A DNA stretch of 64,000 nucleotides. Source: Fibrobacteria bacterium (GTDB lineage: Bacteria > Fibrobacterota > Fibrobacteria > UBA11236 > JADFYW01). The stretch is from the NCBI GenBank assembly GCA_050294405.1, contig JBNKOC010000008.1, forward strand, positions 59,332-123,331, in the 5' to 3' direction. The position numbers were made by a program, and so were the translations under genes. Positions 10,601 to 18,670 of the stretch are shown in pieces. Positions within the stretch are counted from its first letter, which is position 1. Every line of letters starts with the position of its first letter. The notes under the pieces are model-generated. The model searched no databases, was not told the origin of the DNA, and worked only from the letters and a program-made list of their open reading frames with translations.

Positions 10601-10937
10601 TACTTTTTTCAAGTTCATCCAGTAAATGCTTGAGTTTATCCATCCCTTCAAATAAGACATCAATTATTTCTACAGTAATTTCCTGTTGCTTATCTCGAAG
10701 CCTTCCCAACAGGTTTTCCAGCTCGTGGCTCAAATCGCGGATGTTTGTAAAACCAAAAAAACTGAATCCGCCTTTTATGCTGTGTATAGCTCTGAAAATA
10801 TGATTTAATATTTCATCGGAAACATTTTTGCCTGATTTTTCTAATTCCAGAATATCTGGCTCAATGTCGCTAAGATGTTCCAGGGACTCCTGGAGCAATT
10901 CAGCAACTAATTCATTGTTTCCATCCATAATTTGCAA
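7680..10937 (-). CDS. cheA: hybrid chemotaxis histidine kinase CheA (Hpt, dimerisation/HATPase, three CheW-like domains, C-terminal receiver)
   Basis: Hpt HSIKGG. N-box HLIRNCCDHGIE, G1 IKDDGAGLN, G2 GRGVGLDVV. Three CheW-like segments. C-terminal receiver ILIAEDTDYF...LILSDLNMPGMDG. Confidence 0.9.
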   Translation of the reverse strand: MQIMDGNNELVAELLQESLEHLSDIEPDILELEKSGKNVSDEILNHIFRAIHSIKGGFSFFGFTNIRDLSHELENLLGRLRDKQQEITVEIIDVLFEGMDKLKHLLDELEKSNELEIEDVIVKLKALEPGADNIEPARQNSPNPKKNSQNAELSEKFDFKYILSVYKELSEQKLNSHIQQGHYIYEINWEEGIQANNPEEDPILNEWRKLGDIAGIHLIPQEKKPKKSAKGRGEAKQPALILFTSVLEEEYAQLALNIDPAQIRKFDDTALKTDLKKTREKAIETIKTSGNEKKAKAANSNNETLRVKLDLLNNLMNLAGELVLSRNQIMQQFNQPLKTLDGQNQGLGLVEKLMEDFQNQIMQSVTQAFPSAEPEKIQNLQGNISNHCSQIKSVYSQASSKKLSDFTSINSLIQQFSRITSDLQEGIMQSRMQPIGLLFNKFPRVIRDLSKMLGKEISLHITGSEVEMDKSVLELLTDPLTHLIRNCCDHGIEPPEEREQKGKNKQGFIQLSAYHKSGKIVIEIKDDGAGLNIPKIVAKALDKKIISEDEAMILSENEKKNLIFRPGFSTAKNISNVSGRGVGLDVVKTNVEKLGGILEVDSEFDKGMLITLRLPLTLAIIPSLILSVEGRKIALPQVGLEELVRIKNSEISQKIENVNGFEVLRLRGKLLPLVKLTDVLNIQTTYLDSETNKRHPNHRIHMADRRNGQEIAEEIQERRKNPDRRQNATGSVIICVINIGKNHYGLIADSVINNEEIVVKPLSAFLKDSPCYSGVTILGDGQIAMILDSVGISEMAKLKFDDIAESSIEEAKMEKERQLEEAQAMLSFKVGGSELLAFNLSMISRIEKIHRENVENISGKLYLKYESKSLPLIELNDYLPISRGDSDFPYEFVIIPKLNENQVGILASELFDTVNCMGNLEQSGTSPEGILGSQIVNKNMLLILDLFKIVEKAQPKHKFNYDFLNQKKILIAEDTDYFGKLLRAYLDHPNCELKICSNGKEAWDALSGQENFDLILSDLNMPGMDGYELASKIKSSDSLKSIPVVAMSSTGVIPAQERDRKLDFDAVESKWDKKKILLTLSQFLN

Positions 10938-11042
10938 ATATTGGGCGGGTTTTCACAAAAGGGCCCGTTTAAAATTCATCTTAGTATACACCCAATGCAA
11001 ATCAGGCTTCAAGAAATAAAAAAGAGCTTTCTTAATGAAAAG

Positions 11043-11435
11043 CTAATTGGCAGAAATGTTGGGGATGGGGGAGAGCAGGTATTTCTTTAGAAAATTTTCA
11101 AATTCTCCACGATTTATGGGCTTTGCCATAAATGCGGTGGCCCCAATATCCAGCAAGCTGCCAATTTCTTTAACAGAAATAAAGGCTGAACACATAATTA
11201 TGGGAATATTCACAAAATCCTGCTGCTTTCTGGTTTCTTTAATGAATGTTTTACCATCCATTTCCGGCATTTTGTAATCCACTACAATGGCGCTAAAGTC
11301 CGGATTATCTTCTAGCATTTGCAGTCCCCGTAACCCATTACTGGCTACTATAGATACAATTCCCATGGACTCCGCAATTCTGAGAATGAGCCTTTGAGTC
11401 ATGCGTTCGTCTTCTACAATTAAAAGTTTTTTCAT
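11043..11435 (-). CDS. single-domain response regulator (CheY-like), first gene of the che operon
   Basis: LLIVEDERMTQRL...VVDYKMPEMDG...MCSAF...FMAKP. Confidence 0.8.
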   Translation of the reverse strand: MKKLLIVEDERMTQRLILRIAESMGIVSIVASNGLRGLQMLEDNPDFSAIVVDYKMPEMDGKTFIKETRKQQDFVNIPIIMCSAFISVKEIGSLLDIGATAFMAKPINRGEFENFLKKYLLSPIPNISAN

Positions 11436-11619
11436 GAGAATTTATGGGATAAAATTTGCCTTACTATTGCACCTATTTTAAAATTTTGTGTCTTTTTATT
11501 TCAATCTAAATCGAATCCTTTTTTAAAGCCCTGAATCATTTTGGCGCAATGATTTAAATTGAAATGCTCTAAAAAACTACAAACAGCCCAAAAATGGCAA
11601 TATTTACGCTGTTTAAGGC

Positions 11620-11634
11620 TGGCACTTCCTTTGC
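11620..11634 (+). promoter_or_regulatory. sigma-54 (RpoN) -24/-12 promoter upstream of clpB
   Basis: TGGCAC-ttcct-TTGCA exactly matches consensus TGGCAC-N5-TTGCW, about 25 nt upstream of the clpB ATG. RBS GGAGG at 11649-11653. Confidence 0.6.
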
Positions 11635-11659
11635 AAATACCATTAGCAGGGAGGAAAAA

Positions 11660-14320
11660 ATGAAAAAGTTAACCTATCTCAGTCAACAAGCCTTTGACGG
11701 GGCGCACAATATCCAGAAAAATGCAGGGCATCCTGAACTAAATTCTGTTCATTTGTTAAAGGGAATTTTGGATGTGGGCCAGGCAGTTTTGGAAAAACCT
11801 CTTAGGGAGTTGAAAATCAATGCGCAGGAGCTGCTTCAAAAGGCCGATCAGAATTTACAAAAGATGGCCGTGGTTTCCGGTTCCCAGACGGAGCCACAAA
11901 CATCATCTGACTTAAGGAAAGTCTTGAATGCGGCAGATAGCAATGCAGGCCAAATGGGGGATGAAGTTATAACCATTGAACATATCTTTTTGGGCATGCT
12001 TGAGAACAAACAGTGTTCCGAGTTAAGAGATGTATTTGCAAATGTTACTAGCAATGTATTTGAAGCTCAAAATGCCTTTAAACGTTACCGTGGGGGCAAA
12101 GGAAAGTCTAATCGAAAGGCGGATTCCCAAAACGCCGAAGAGCAGTTTAATGCTTTGGGAAAATTTGGAATGGATTTGGTGAATGCCGCCAAGGAAGGAA
12201 AGCTGGATCCCGTTATTGGACGGGATGAAGAAATCCGCAGGGTAATACGGATACTGTCCCGCAAAACCAAAAACAATCCTGTTCTGGTAGGAGAGCCCGG
12301 AGTGGGTAAAACTGCCATTGCCGAAGGGTTGGCACAGCGTATAGTAAAAGGAGATGTTCCCGAAACTTTAAAAGATAAAACAATTTTTAGCCTGAATTTG
12401 GGATCCTTATTAGCTGGCGCAAAATACCGTGGGGACTTTGAAGAAAGGCTCAAATCGGTTTTGGAAGAAATCGAATCTTCGGAAGGAAATATCATTTTAT
12501 TTATAGATGAACTCCACACTATTGTGGGTGCCGGAAAGACAGAAGGCTCCATGGATTTGGGTAATATGTTAAAGCCCAAATTGGCTCGGGGCGAGTTGCA
12601 TTGTATAGGAGCTACCACATTAAACGAATATCAAAAATATATTGAAAAAGATGCCGCTCTGGAGAGAAGGTTCCAAAAGGTAATGGTGGATGAGCCCAGT
12701 GTGGAAGAAGCCATTTCTATTTTGCGGGGAATTAAGGAACGCTTTGATAAACATCATGGGGTCCGTCTTCAGGATTCAGCCCTGGTGAGTGCTGTTAAAC
12801 TGTCACATCGATACATATCCGACCGTTATTTGCCGGATAAGGCTATTGACCTGATTGACGAGGCAGCAGCCACGGTTAAAATTCAATTGGATACCGTACC
12901 CGAATCACTGGATAGCCTTCAACGCAAACTCCTGCAAATGCAAATTGAAGAAAAGGCTCTTAAAAAGGAAAGGGATGCCAAAAGCAAGGAGCGTTATAAC
13001 GAACTTAAAACCCAAATTTCGGAAATTCAAAAAGTAGTTGAGTCGCAAACCAACCAATGGAAAGCCCATCGGGAGCGCATTGAAAATATTAGAAAACTGC
13101 AGGAAGAGCTTGATGAAATAAAACGGCAAATCCAAAAAGCAGAAAGTGAATATGATTTAAACAAAGCTGCAGAACTTAAATACAACAAGCTTGTGGCGGC
13201 AGAAAATAAATTGGAGAGCTTTCGCAATTCCGTGGAAAGTTATGGAAGCGAAATTTCAGAAGAGGTGAGCTCCGCAAACATCGCTGAGGTGGTATCCCGA
13301 TGGACAGGAATCCCCATTCACAACTTGCACCAAACAGAACGCCATAAAATACTGGAATTACCTCAGACTCTTAAAAACAGGGTGGTTGGCCAGGATGAAG
13401 CGGTGGATATTATTGCCAATGCCATACTTAGAAACAAGGCTGGCATAAAAGAAGACAAGGGCCCCATTGGAAGTTTCTTGTTCTTAGGCCCTACCGGAGT
13501 TGGAAAAACAGAACTAACCCGTGCGCTCGCGGCTGCTCTGTTTGACGTTGAAGAAAACATGGTACGCATCGATATGAGTGAATACATGGAAAAGCACTCC
13601 GTGGCCAAATTAATTGGAGCTCCTCCGGGTTATGTGGGGTATGATGAAGGTGGCCAGCTTACTGAGGCTATTCGTCGCAAACCCTATAGCGTCATTCTCT
13701 TGGACGAAATTGAAAAAGCCCATACAGATGTATACAATATGTTGCTGCAAATTTTTGAGGATGGCCGATTAACAGATGCCAAGGGTAGGGCGGTTAATTT
13801 TAAAAACACCCTTATTATCATGACTTCGAACATAGGAGCAGAACGTTTTTTATCTGAAGGGAAAATAAAAAAAGAGGATATGATGCACTTGCTGAGGCAA
13901 ACCTTCAAGCCTGAATTAATCAACCGCCTGGATGGAATCATACCTTTTAATCCATTAACATCAGACAAAATGGGTAAAATTGTAGAACTTCGACTTGCAG
14001 AGCTTGCGGCAAGGTTAAAAGATTTGGACATCCATTTTGTTCCCAGTCAAAATGCAATTGAACAAATCGCCTCCCAAAGTTTTGAAAAAGAATTCGGGGC
14101 CAGGCCGGTAAAACGTTTTATTCGGGATAAACTGGAAACTCCTTTAAGCCGGATGCTTATTTCCGATGAGCTGAAAAAGGGAGACACTGTCACAGTCCTG
14201 GTTAAAGATGGCGAATTTGAATTTAGGGTGACTCCCAATGGAAAAAGCCTGGATTTCGCTCAAAATTCTGGAGCGCAGCCGGAGGAAAACCAGTCCGAAA
14301 AATTTAAAAGAGCCTCGTAA
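11660..14320 (+). CDS. clpB: ATP-dependent chaperone ClpB (AAA+ disaggregase)
   Basis: Start moved to MKKLTYLSQQAFDGA (ATG 11660, RBS GGAGG); the ORF track start at 11594 overlaps the promoter. Two AAA+ modules with Walker A GEPGVGKT and GPTGVGKT and a long middle coiled coil. 886 aa. Confidence 0.95.
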   Translation: MKKLTYLSQQAFDGAHNIQKNAGHPELNSVHLLKGILDVGQAVLEKPLRELKINAQELLQKADQNLQKMAVVSGSQTEPQTSSDLRKVLNAADSNAGQMGDEVITIEHIFLGMLENKQCSELRDVFANVTSNVFEAQNAFKRYRGGKGKSNRKADSQNAEEQFNALGKFGMDLVNAAKEGKLDPVIGRDEEIRRVIRILSRKTKNNPVLVGEPGVGKTAIAEGLAQRIVKGDVPETLKDKTIFSLNLGSLLAGAKYRGDFEERLKSVLEEIESSEGNIILFIDELHTIVGAGKTEGSMDLGNMLKPKLARGELHCIGATTLNEYQKYIEKDAALERRFQKVMVDEPSVEEAISILRGIKERFDKHHGVRLQDSALVSAVKLSHRYISDRYLPDKAIDLIDEAAATVKIQLDTVPESLDSLQRKLLQMQIEEKALKKERDAKSKERYNELKTQISEIQKVVESQTNQWKAHRERIENIRKLQEELDEIKRQIQKAESEYDLNKAAELKYNKLVAAENKLESFRNSVESYGSEISEEVSSANIAEVVSRWTGIPIHNLHQTERHKILELPQTLKNRVVGQDEAVDIIANAILRNKAGIKEDKGPIGSFLFLGPTGVGKTELTRALAAALFDVEENMVRIDMSEYMEKHSVAKLIGAPPGYVGYDEGGQLTEAIRRKPYSVILLDEIEKAHTDVYNMLLQIFEDGRLTDAKGRAVNFKNTLIIMTSNIGAERFLSEGKIKKEDMMHLLRQTFKPELINRLDGIIPFNPLTSDKMGKIVELRLAELAARLKDLDIHFVPSQNAIEQIASQSFEKEFGARPVKRFIRDKLETPLSRMLISDELKKGDTVTVLVKDGEFEFRVTPNGKSLDFAQNSGAQPEENQSEKFKRAS

Positions 14321-14355
14321 TATGCTATGTTTTCCCTGGCAATAAAGGGGAAAAC

Positions 14356-14847
14356 ATGGCAGACAACAAGGAAGTGGGACTTTCCCATATAAGTAAAGAC
14401 AACCAGCCCACTATGGTGGATGTGAGCCACAAGGCAAATACCCGCAGGGAGGCTAAGGCCGAAGGCCGGGTCTATTTGCCTCCCCCAATTTCCTCCCTAT
14501 TTCAGGATGGAGATATTGTGGGTCCCAAAGGTCCGGTCTTTCAAACCGCTATTGTGGCGGCCACCCAGGGCTCCAAAAAAACCTGGGATTTAATTCCCTT
14601 CTGCCACCCCATTCCTTTGGAAAATATTTCCATTGAAATAAAAATGGAAAAGGAGGGCTTAGCCCATGTATTGGCCACGGCCGTGACCACAGGAAAAACT
14701 GGAGTGGAAATGGAAGCTCTAACTGCAGTTAGCCTGGCCTGTTTAACTATTTATGATATGTGCAAAGCCATGTCACATGAAATGGAAATAAGGGATATTA
14801 GATTGCTTTCCAAATCCGGCGGCAAATCCGATTATAGACAGCACTAA
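14356..14847 (+). CDS. moaC: cyclic pyranopterin monophosphate synthase MoaC
   Basis: MoaC family pattern (LSHISKDNQPTMVDVSHKANTRREAKAEG...); 163 aa. Confidence 0.85.
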   Translation: MADNKEVGLSHISKDNQPTMVDVSHKANTRREAKAEGRVYLPPPISSLFQDGDIVGPKGPVFQTAIVAATQGSKKTWDLIPFCHPIPLENISIEIKMEKEGLAHVLATAVTTGKTGVEMEALTAVSLACLTIYDMCKAMSHEMEIRDIRLLSKSGGKSDYRQH

Positions 14848-14991
14848 AAATTGGGCGTCGCAAGCTCCTTCAAGCTAGGCAGGACCTCAATTTCAGTATC
14901 CTTAGTTCCTCTTTGTGCGCTTTGTCTAAAATTGCGATCATTAATTTTTAGAGGCCCCCTCAAAAAGAAATCCTTGATTCAAAGCCCGATT

Positions 14992-15951
14992 TTAACAGGG
15001 TTGGCTTTGAACATATTCTGCCAATCTTTTAACATTTTCCACTGGAGTTCCAGGAAGAATGCCGTGGCCTAAATTAAAAATATGCCCTGGCTTGCCCTTT
15101 GTGCTTTTAAGGATGGCATCGGTTTCCTGTTTTATGTAATCCCAGTTTCCGAACAAGGCTGTTGGATCGAGGTTTCCCTGAACTCCGGTACAACCCAGTT
15201 TATCCCATAATGGTTGAATGGGAGTTCTCCAATCAAAGCCCAATACATCCGCTCCGGCTTTTGCAAGGCTGTCCATAAATGTGCCGGCCCCGGTCCCAAA
15301 AAATATGACAGGGACTTTTCCTTTCACTGCGGAAATTATTTTTTGGGTGTGAGGCAAAACAAAAGATTCAAAGTCCCTGGGGGAGAGGGCGCCAATCCAA
15401 CTGTCAAAAAGCTGAACTGCATGTACTCCGCATTTTATCTGATAGTTTAAATATTCAATAACATCCTGCGAAAGCTTTTCCATGAGCATATGCCAGGATT
15501 TAGCGTCTCCGTACATTAGTTTTTTCACGTTCTCATAATTTTTACTGCCTTTGCCTTCTATGGCGTAGGAAGCAAGGGTGAAAGGGGCGCCGGAAAATCC
15601 GATAAGGGGAATCCCTTCGGGTAAACCATCACATATGATCTGAATGCTTTTTCCCACAAACCCAAGGCTATCTTCCACAGAAAAGCTTTTTAAATTTTGG
15701 ATGTCTTTATCGCTGCGAATAGGGTTCGAAATATAGGGGCCTATTCCAGTTGGGTAATCCAAATCCAGTCCCAATGGCTCCAAAATCAGGGGCAAATCGG
15801 AAAATAAAATGGCCGCATCCACATTTAAAATTCGCTGGGCATCTAATGTTACTTTTGCCGCCAATTCAGGAGTTTTGCAAAAATCCAGAAAATTGTCTGC
15901 CTTGGCTTTGTCTTCCTGATATTCATTCATATAACGTCCTGCCTGACGCAT
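14992..15951 (-). CDS. hemE: uroporphyrinogen decarboxylase HemE (5' end uncertain, see findings)
   Basis: MRQAGRYM motif at the annotated N-terminus. Conserved upstream residues (..NSTFLKACAGLPTEYRPVWF) are encoded in frame above the ATG but without a canonical start. Confidence 0.85.
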   Translation of the reverse strand: MRQAGRYMNEYQEDKAKADNFLDFCKTPELAAKVTLDAQRILNVDAAILFSDLPLILEPLGLDLDYPTGIGPYISNPIRSDKDIQNLKSFSVEDSLGFVGKSIQIICDGLPEGIPLIGFSGAPFTLASYAIEGKGSKNYENVKKLMYGDAKSWHMLMEKLSQDVIEYLNYQIKCGVHAVQLFDSWIGALSPRDFESFVLPHTQKIISAVKGKVPVIFFGTGAGTFMDSLAKAGADVLGFDWRTPIQPLWDKLGCTGVQGNLDPTALFGNWDYIKQETDAILKSTKGKPGHIFNLGHGILPGTPVENVKRLAEYVQSQPC

Positions 15952-16024
15952 AAACCAAACAGGTCTGTATTCGGTGGGAAGTCCCGCACAGGCTTTTAGA
16001 AAAGTCGAATTGTTAACGCTTGTT

Positions 16025-17341
16025 TTAGTCAGAATTTTGTCCTTCGCTAGAGGTTTTACTGGATAAATTTAAATCGAAAATTACATTGGCAAACTGGCTT
16101 ATCTTTTTTGCCTCGCCATTGCCGCTCAGTTGCTTGATACCCGTGAATGTACTGTGCAAAATCTTATTAATGAGTCCCTGGCTGAAATTTTGAACCTGTT
16201 TTAAGGTTTGGGGATCCAACTTGGAAGCTTTGTTTTCGAGCTCTGCCTCCAGAATAGATTGAAACTTTCCCCGGATTTCCTGAAGGACGTTACTCACATT
16301 GAGTTGGGCAAACCAGGTTTCAAATTTTTGAACTTCTTCATCTATTATTTGGCGAGCTTGCTCGGAAGCTTCCTGGCGCATGGCCACGTTTTCACCGATT
16401 ACTTTTTTAAGATCATCAATGGTGAAAACAAAGACATCATCCACATCTCCAGCTGCAGGGTCAATGTCTCGGGGAGCAGCAATATCGATAAAAAACTGGA
16501 TTTTCCCCCCACGCTTTTTAGCGCTTTCTTTAACATGGGACTCGGTAATAACAACATCTCTTGCCCCGGTGGCCGATATGATAATATCGCAAAATTGAAG
16601 GTGGGAACTCAACTCTTCCAGAGAGCGGGTTTCCCCATTGTACTTGGAAGCTAATTTTTCCGCATTGGCTACAGAGCGATTAAAAAAGAGGAACTTCTTA
16701 ACATTGCAGCGGCTTAAGTGTCCCGCAGTAAGCTCTCCCATTTCGCCAGATCCGATAACACCTATAACCTTGTCTTCCAGGTTTTTGCCTAAAACCTTTT
16801 TAGCCAACTCCACCGCAGCGTAGCTTATACTCACCGCTCCTTCATTGAGGTGGGTTTCGCTTCGCACCCTTTTGCCAACCTTAAAAGCCTGTTGAAAAAG
16901 ATTATTGAAGTAAAACTTGACCATTTGATTGTCTACGGCAAATTGATAGGCATCGCGAACCTGACCCAAAATCTGGTTTTCACCTATGATCATGGAATCC
17001 AAGGAACATACCACATTAAATAAATGGACTATGGAATCCAGATGTGTCCATTCGTAACTGTGCTTTTGAATTTCTTCGGGATTCAGCTTCTTGATTCGGG
17101 CCCAATGCCGATAAATAGCGTCAATGGCTTCTTTTGGATTTTTACTTGAAAGGTAAACTTCGCTGCGATTGCAGGTGGAAACGATAACGGCTTCGTTGGA
17201 TGCATCGTTTTCCAGACAGCACTTTGCCATTTCCAGAATCTGGTTTTCTTCAAAATGGACCTTGTCCCGAAGTTCCACAGGGGCGGTAATGTGGTTTAAT
17301 CCCACCACTAATGTATGCAGTTCCCCCTGTGAATGGTTCAT
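16025..17341 (-). CDS. hemA: glutamyl-tRNA reductase HemA
   Basis: VIVSTCNRSEVY motif, NAD-binding GSGEMG, 438 aa. Confidence 0.9.
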   Translation of the reverse strand: MNHSQGELHTLVVGLNHITAPVELRDKVHFEENQILEMAKCCLENDASNEAVIVSTCNRSEVYLSSKNPKEAIDAIYRHWARIKKLNPEEIQKHSYEWTHLDSIVHLFNVVCSLDSMIIGENQILGQVRDAYQFAVDNQMVKFYFNNLFQQAFKVGKRVRSETHLNEGAVSISYAAVELAKKVLGKNLEDKVIGVIGSGEMGELTAGHLSRCNVKKFLFFNRSVANAEKLASKYNGETRSLEELSSHLQFCDIIISATGARDVVITESHVKESAKKRGGKIQFFIDIAAPRDIDPAAGDVDDVFVFTIDDLKKVIGENVAMRQEASEQARQIIDEEVQKFETWFAQLNVSNVLQEIRGKFQSILEAELENKASKLDPQTLKQVQNFSQGLINKILHSTFTGIKQLSGNGEAKKISQFANVIFDLNLSSKTSSEGQNSD

Positions 17342-18147
17342 TGAAACCCGTGGCCTAAAAATTGGGTGGCTAGCATAATAAAAAATCCTGAAATAACAGC
17401 ATAGGCGAAACGCGCGCTTCTGAGTTTACCAAACTTTCTCACCAGCACAATAGCGGAGAAGAAAAACAGAATTCCAAAAACCCCCATTTCCATGGCAGAC
17501 ATGCCTCCCTGGGAGTTGGCCTTGTGGGCTGAGGCCCATCCAATAAAGCCACTGACCACCATTAATATAATGCCTAACGAAATCCAGATGGCCATAAGGC
17601 TTTCCATTTTATCTAACGGTGGGAGCCTGCGGAACACCACATCAAAGTTTTTAGCCTTTAATTTTCTAAAGAGAATAATATACATGGTGGAAATAATGGC
17701 CCCAATAGTAAAGCAGGCATAAGATGTAAGGCTGGCCACAATGTGGAAGGAAAACAGGCTGCCCAAATTTTTTTCCGGAGAAATGGGTGCTGCGGAGACT
17801 AAAAACAAAGAGAACCAAACGCTAAGGGAAGTGGGAATAACAGTGAAAATTCCCAGGTGGATGGTTTTTGAAAAAAACTCGCTTATTAATTGAGAAATGC
17901 AAAGAATTAATCCACAAAAAAGTAAGGCCTCTCCAGGAGTAGCCAAAGGACATCGGCTGTTAACCATGCCCAACTCCAATAAAAAAAGCGAATGAAAAAA
18001 CAGAGCTACAAATAAAGAGCTTCTAACTGCTGCAGCGCTACCCTGATTTTCAGAAATGAAAAATCGCCAATAAAAAAAGCTGGAAGCAGCATAGGCCAGG
18101 CACATTGCGGTGGCAGTGAGGTAATAGAAAACTTCCATAATTATCAT
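17338..18147 (-). CDS. polytopic membrane protein, HemX/CcsA-like cytochrome c assembly family (tentative)
   Basis: About 8 predicted TM helices. Sits immediately upstream of hemA with a 4-nt overlap, as in hemAX-type operons. Family assignment is inferred from context. Confidence 0.45.
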   Translation of the reverse strand: MIIMEVFYYLTATAMCLAYAASSFFYWRFFISENQGSAAAVRSSLFVALFFHSLFLLELGMVNSRCPLATPGEALLFCGLILCISQLISEFFSKTIHLGIFTVIPTSLSVWFSLFLVSAAPISPEKNLGSLFSFHIVASLTSYACFTIGAIISTMYIILFRKLKAKNFDVVFRRLPPLDKMESLMAIWISLGIILMVVSGFIGWASAHKANSQGGMSAMEMGVFGILFFFSAIVLVRKFGKLRSARFAYAVISGFFIMLATQFLGHGFQ

Positions 18148-18280
18148 TCCCCAGGTTTAACAGGGTATTCCATATTTCCCTTAAATTGAGAAAATAAGAG
18201 AAAAATCGGCAAATGTTAAGAAAAACCTGGTTAAATGCCAAAAAGTCTCATTTTAGCCAAAAATTGGGGCTTGTCCCTGG

Positions 18281-18316
18281 AAAAAGAAAGCGGGCGAGTC
18301 GGGGGACTCGCCCGCT
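18281..18316 (-). terminator. GC-rich 12-bp perfect hairpin plus U-tract on the minus strand, in the leader region of the hem operon
   Basis: AGCGGGCGAGTC-gggg-GACTCGCCCGCT. On the minus strand it is followed by TTCTTTTT. A second 10-bp perfect hairpin lies at 18326-18354 (GATATTCCAA-N9-TTGGAATATC). Confidence 0.5.
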
Positions 18317-18670
18317 ATGGTGGGTATTCGATATTCCAATTTTGGGGGTTGGAATATCTTGGTAGGGTTTTTTTGGATGTATGTAGGTTGTATCATTTTT
18401 TTTACATTCATTCAAGTAAAATTTTTAATTATTAAACAAAAATTAAACGGTCTAAAGTTCATGACCATTATTTAAAGACTTGGGGCAATAAAATTTCTAG
18501 TTTTAAGCCAGACTGCATTTTTTAAAAATGAACAACCCCAAGCATTAAGCAGGTTGGTTATGCTCAAAATTAAAGGGCATCAATTTGCATCGGGATAATG
18601 TAAAGGGTAAGTAAACTGTCTAAACAATTTGTGCACCCTTTCCCGGGGGCGGTTAAAAGGATTCTCTGTT

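Noticed and set aside
2237-10803. Many 60-180 aa ORFs antisense to or nested inside the che genes and other large CDSs (e.g. 2237-2491, 4984-5322, 6633-7139, 8860-9396, 12085-12618, 22075-22725, 58643-59161)
   Set aside because: They lie wholly inside well-supported genes on the opposite strand or in another frame, have low-complexity translations and no RBS. They are typical six-frame noise.
18235-18435. 66-aa plus-strand ORF in the hem/regulator spacer
   Set aside because: It is built from the two GC-rich hairpins, with no RBS. The region is better explained as structured non-coding RNA or a terminator.
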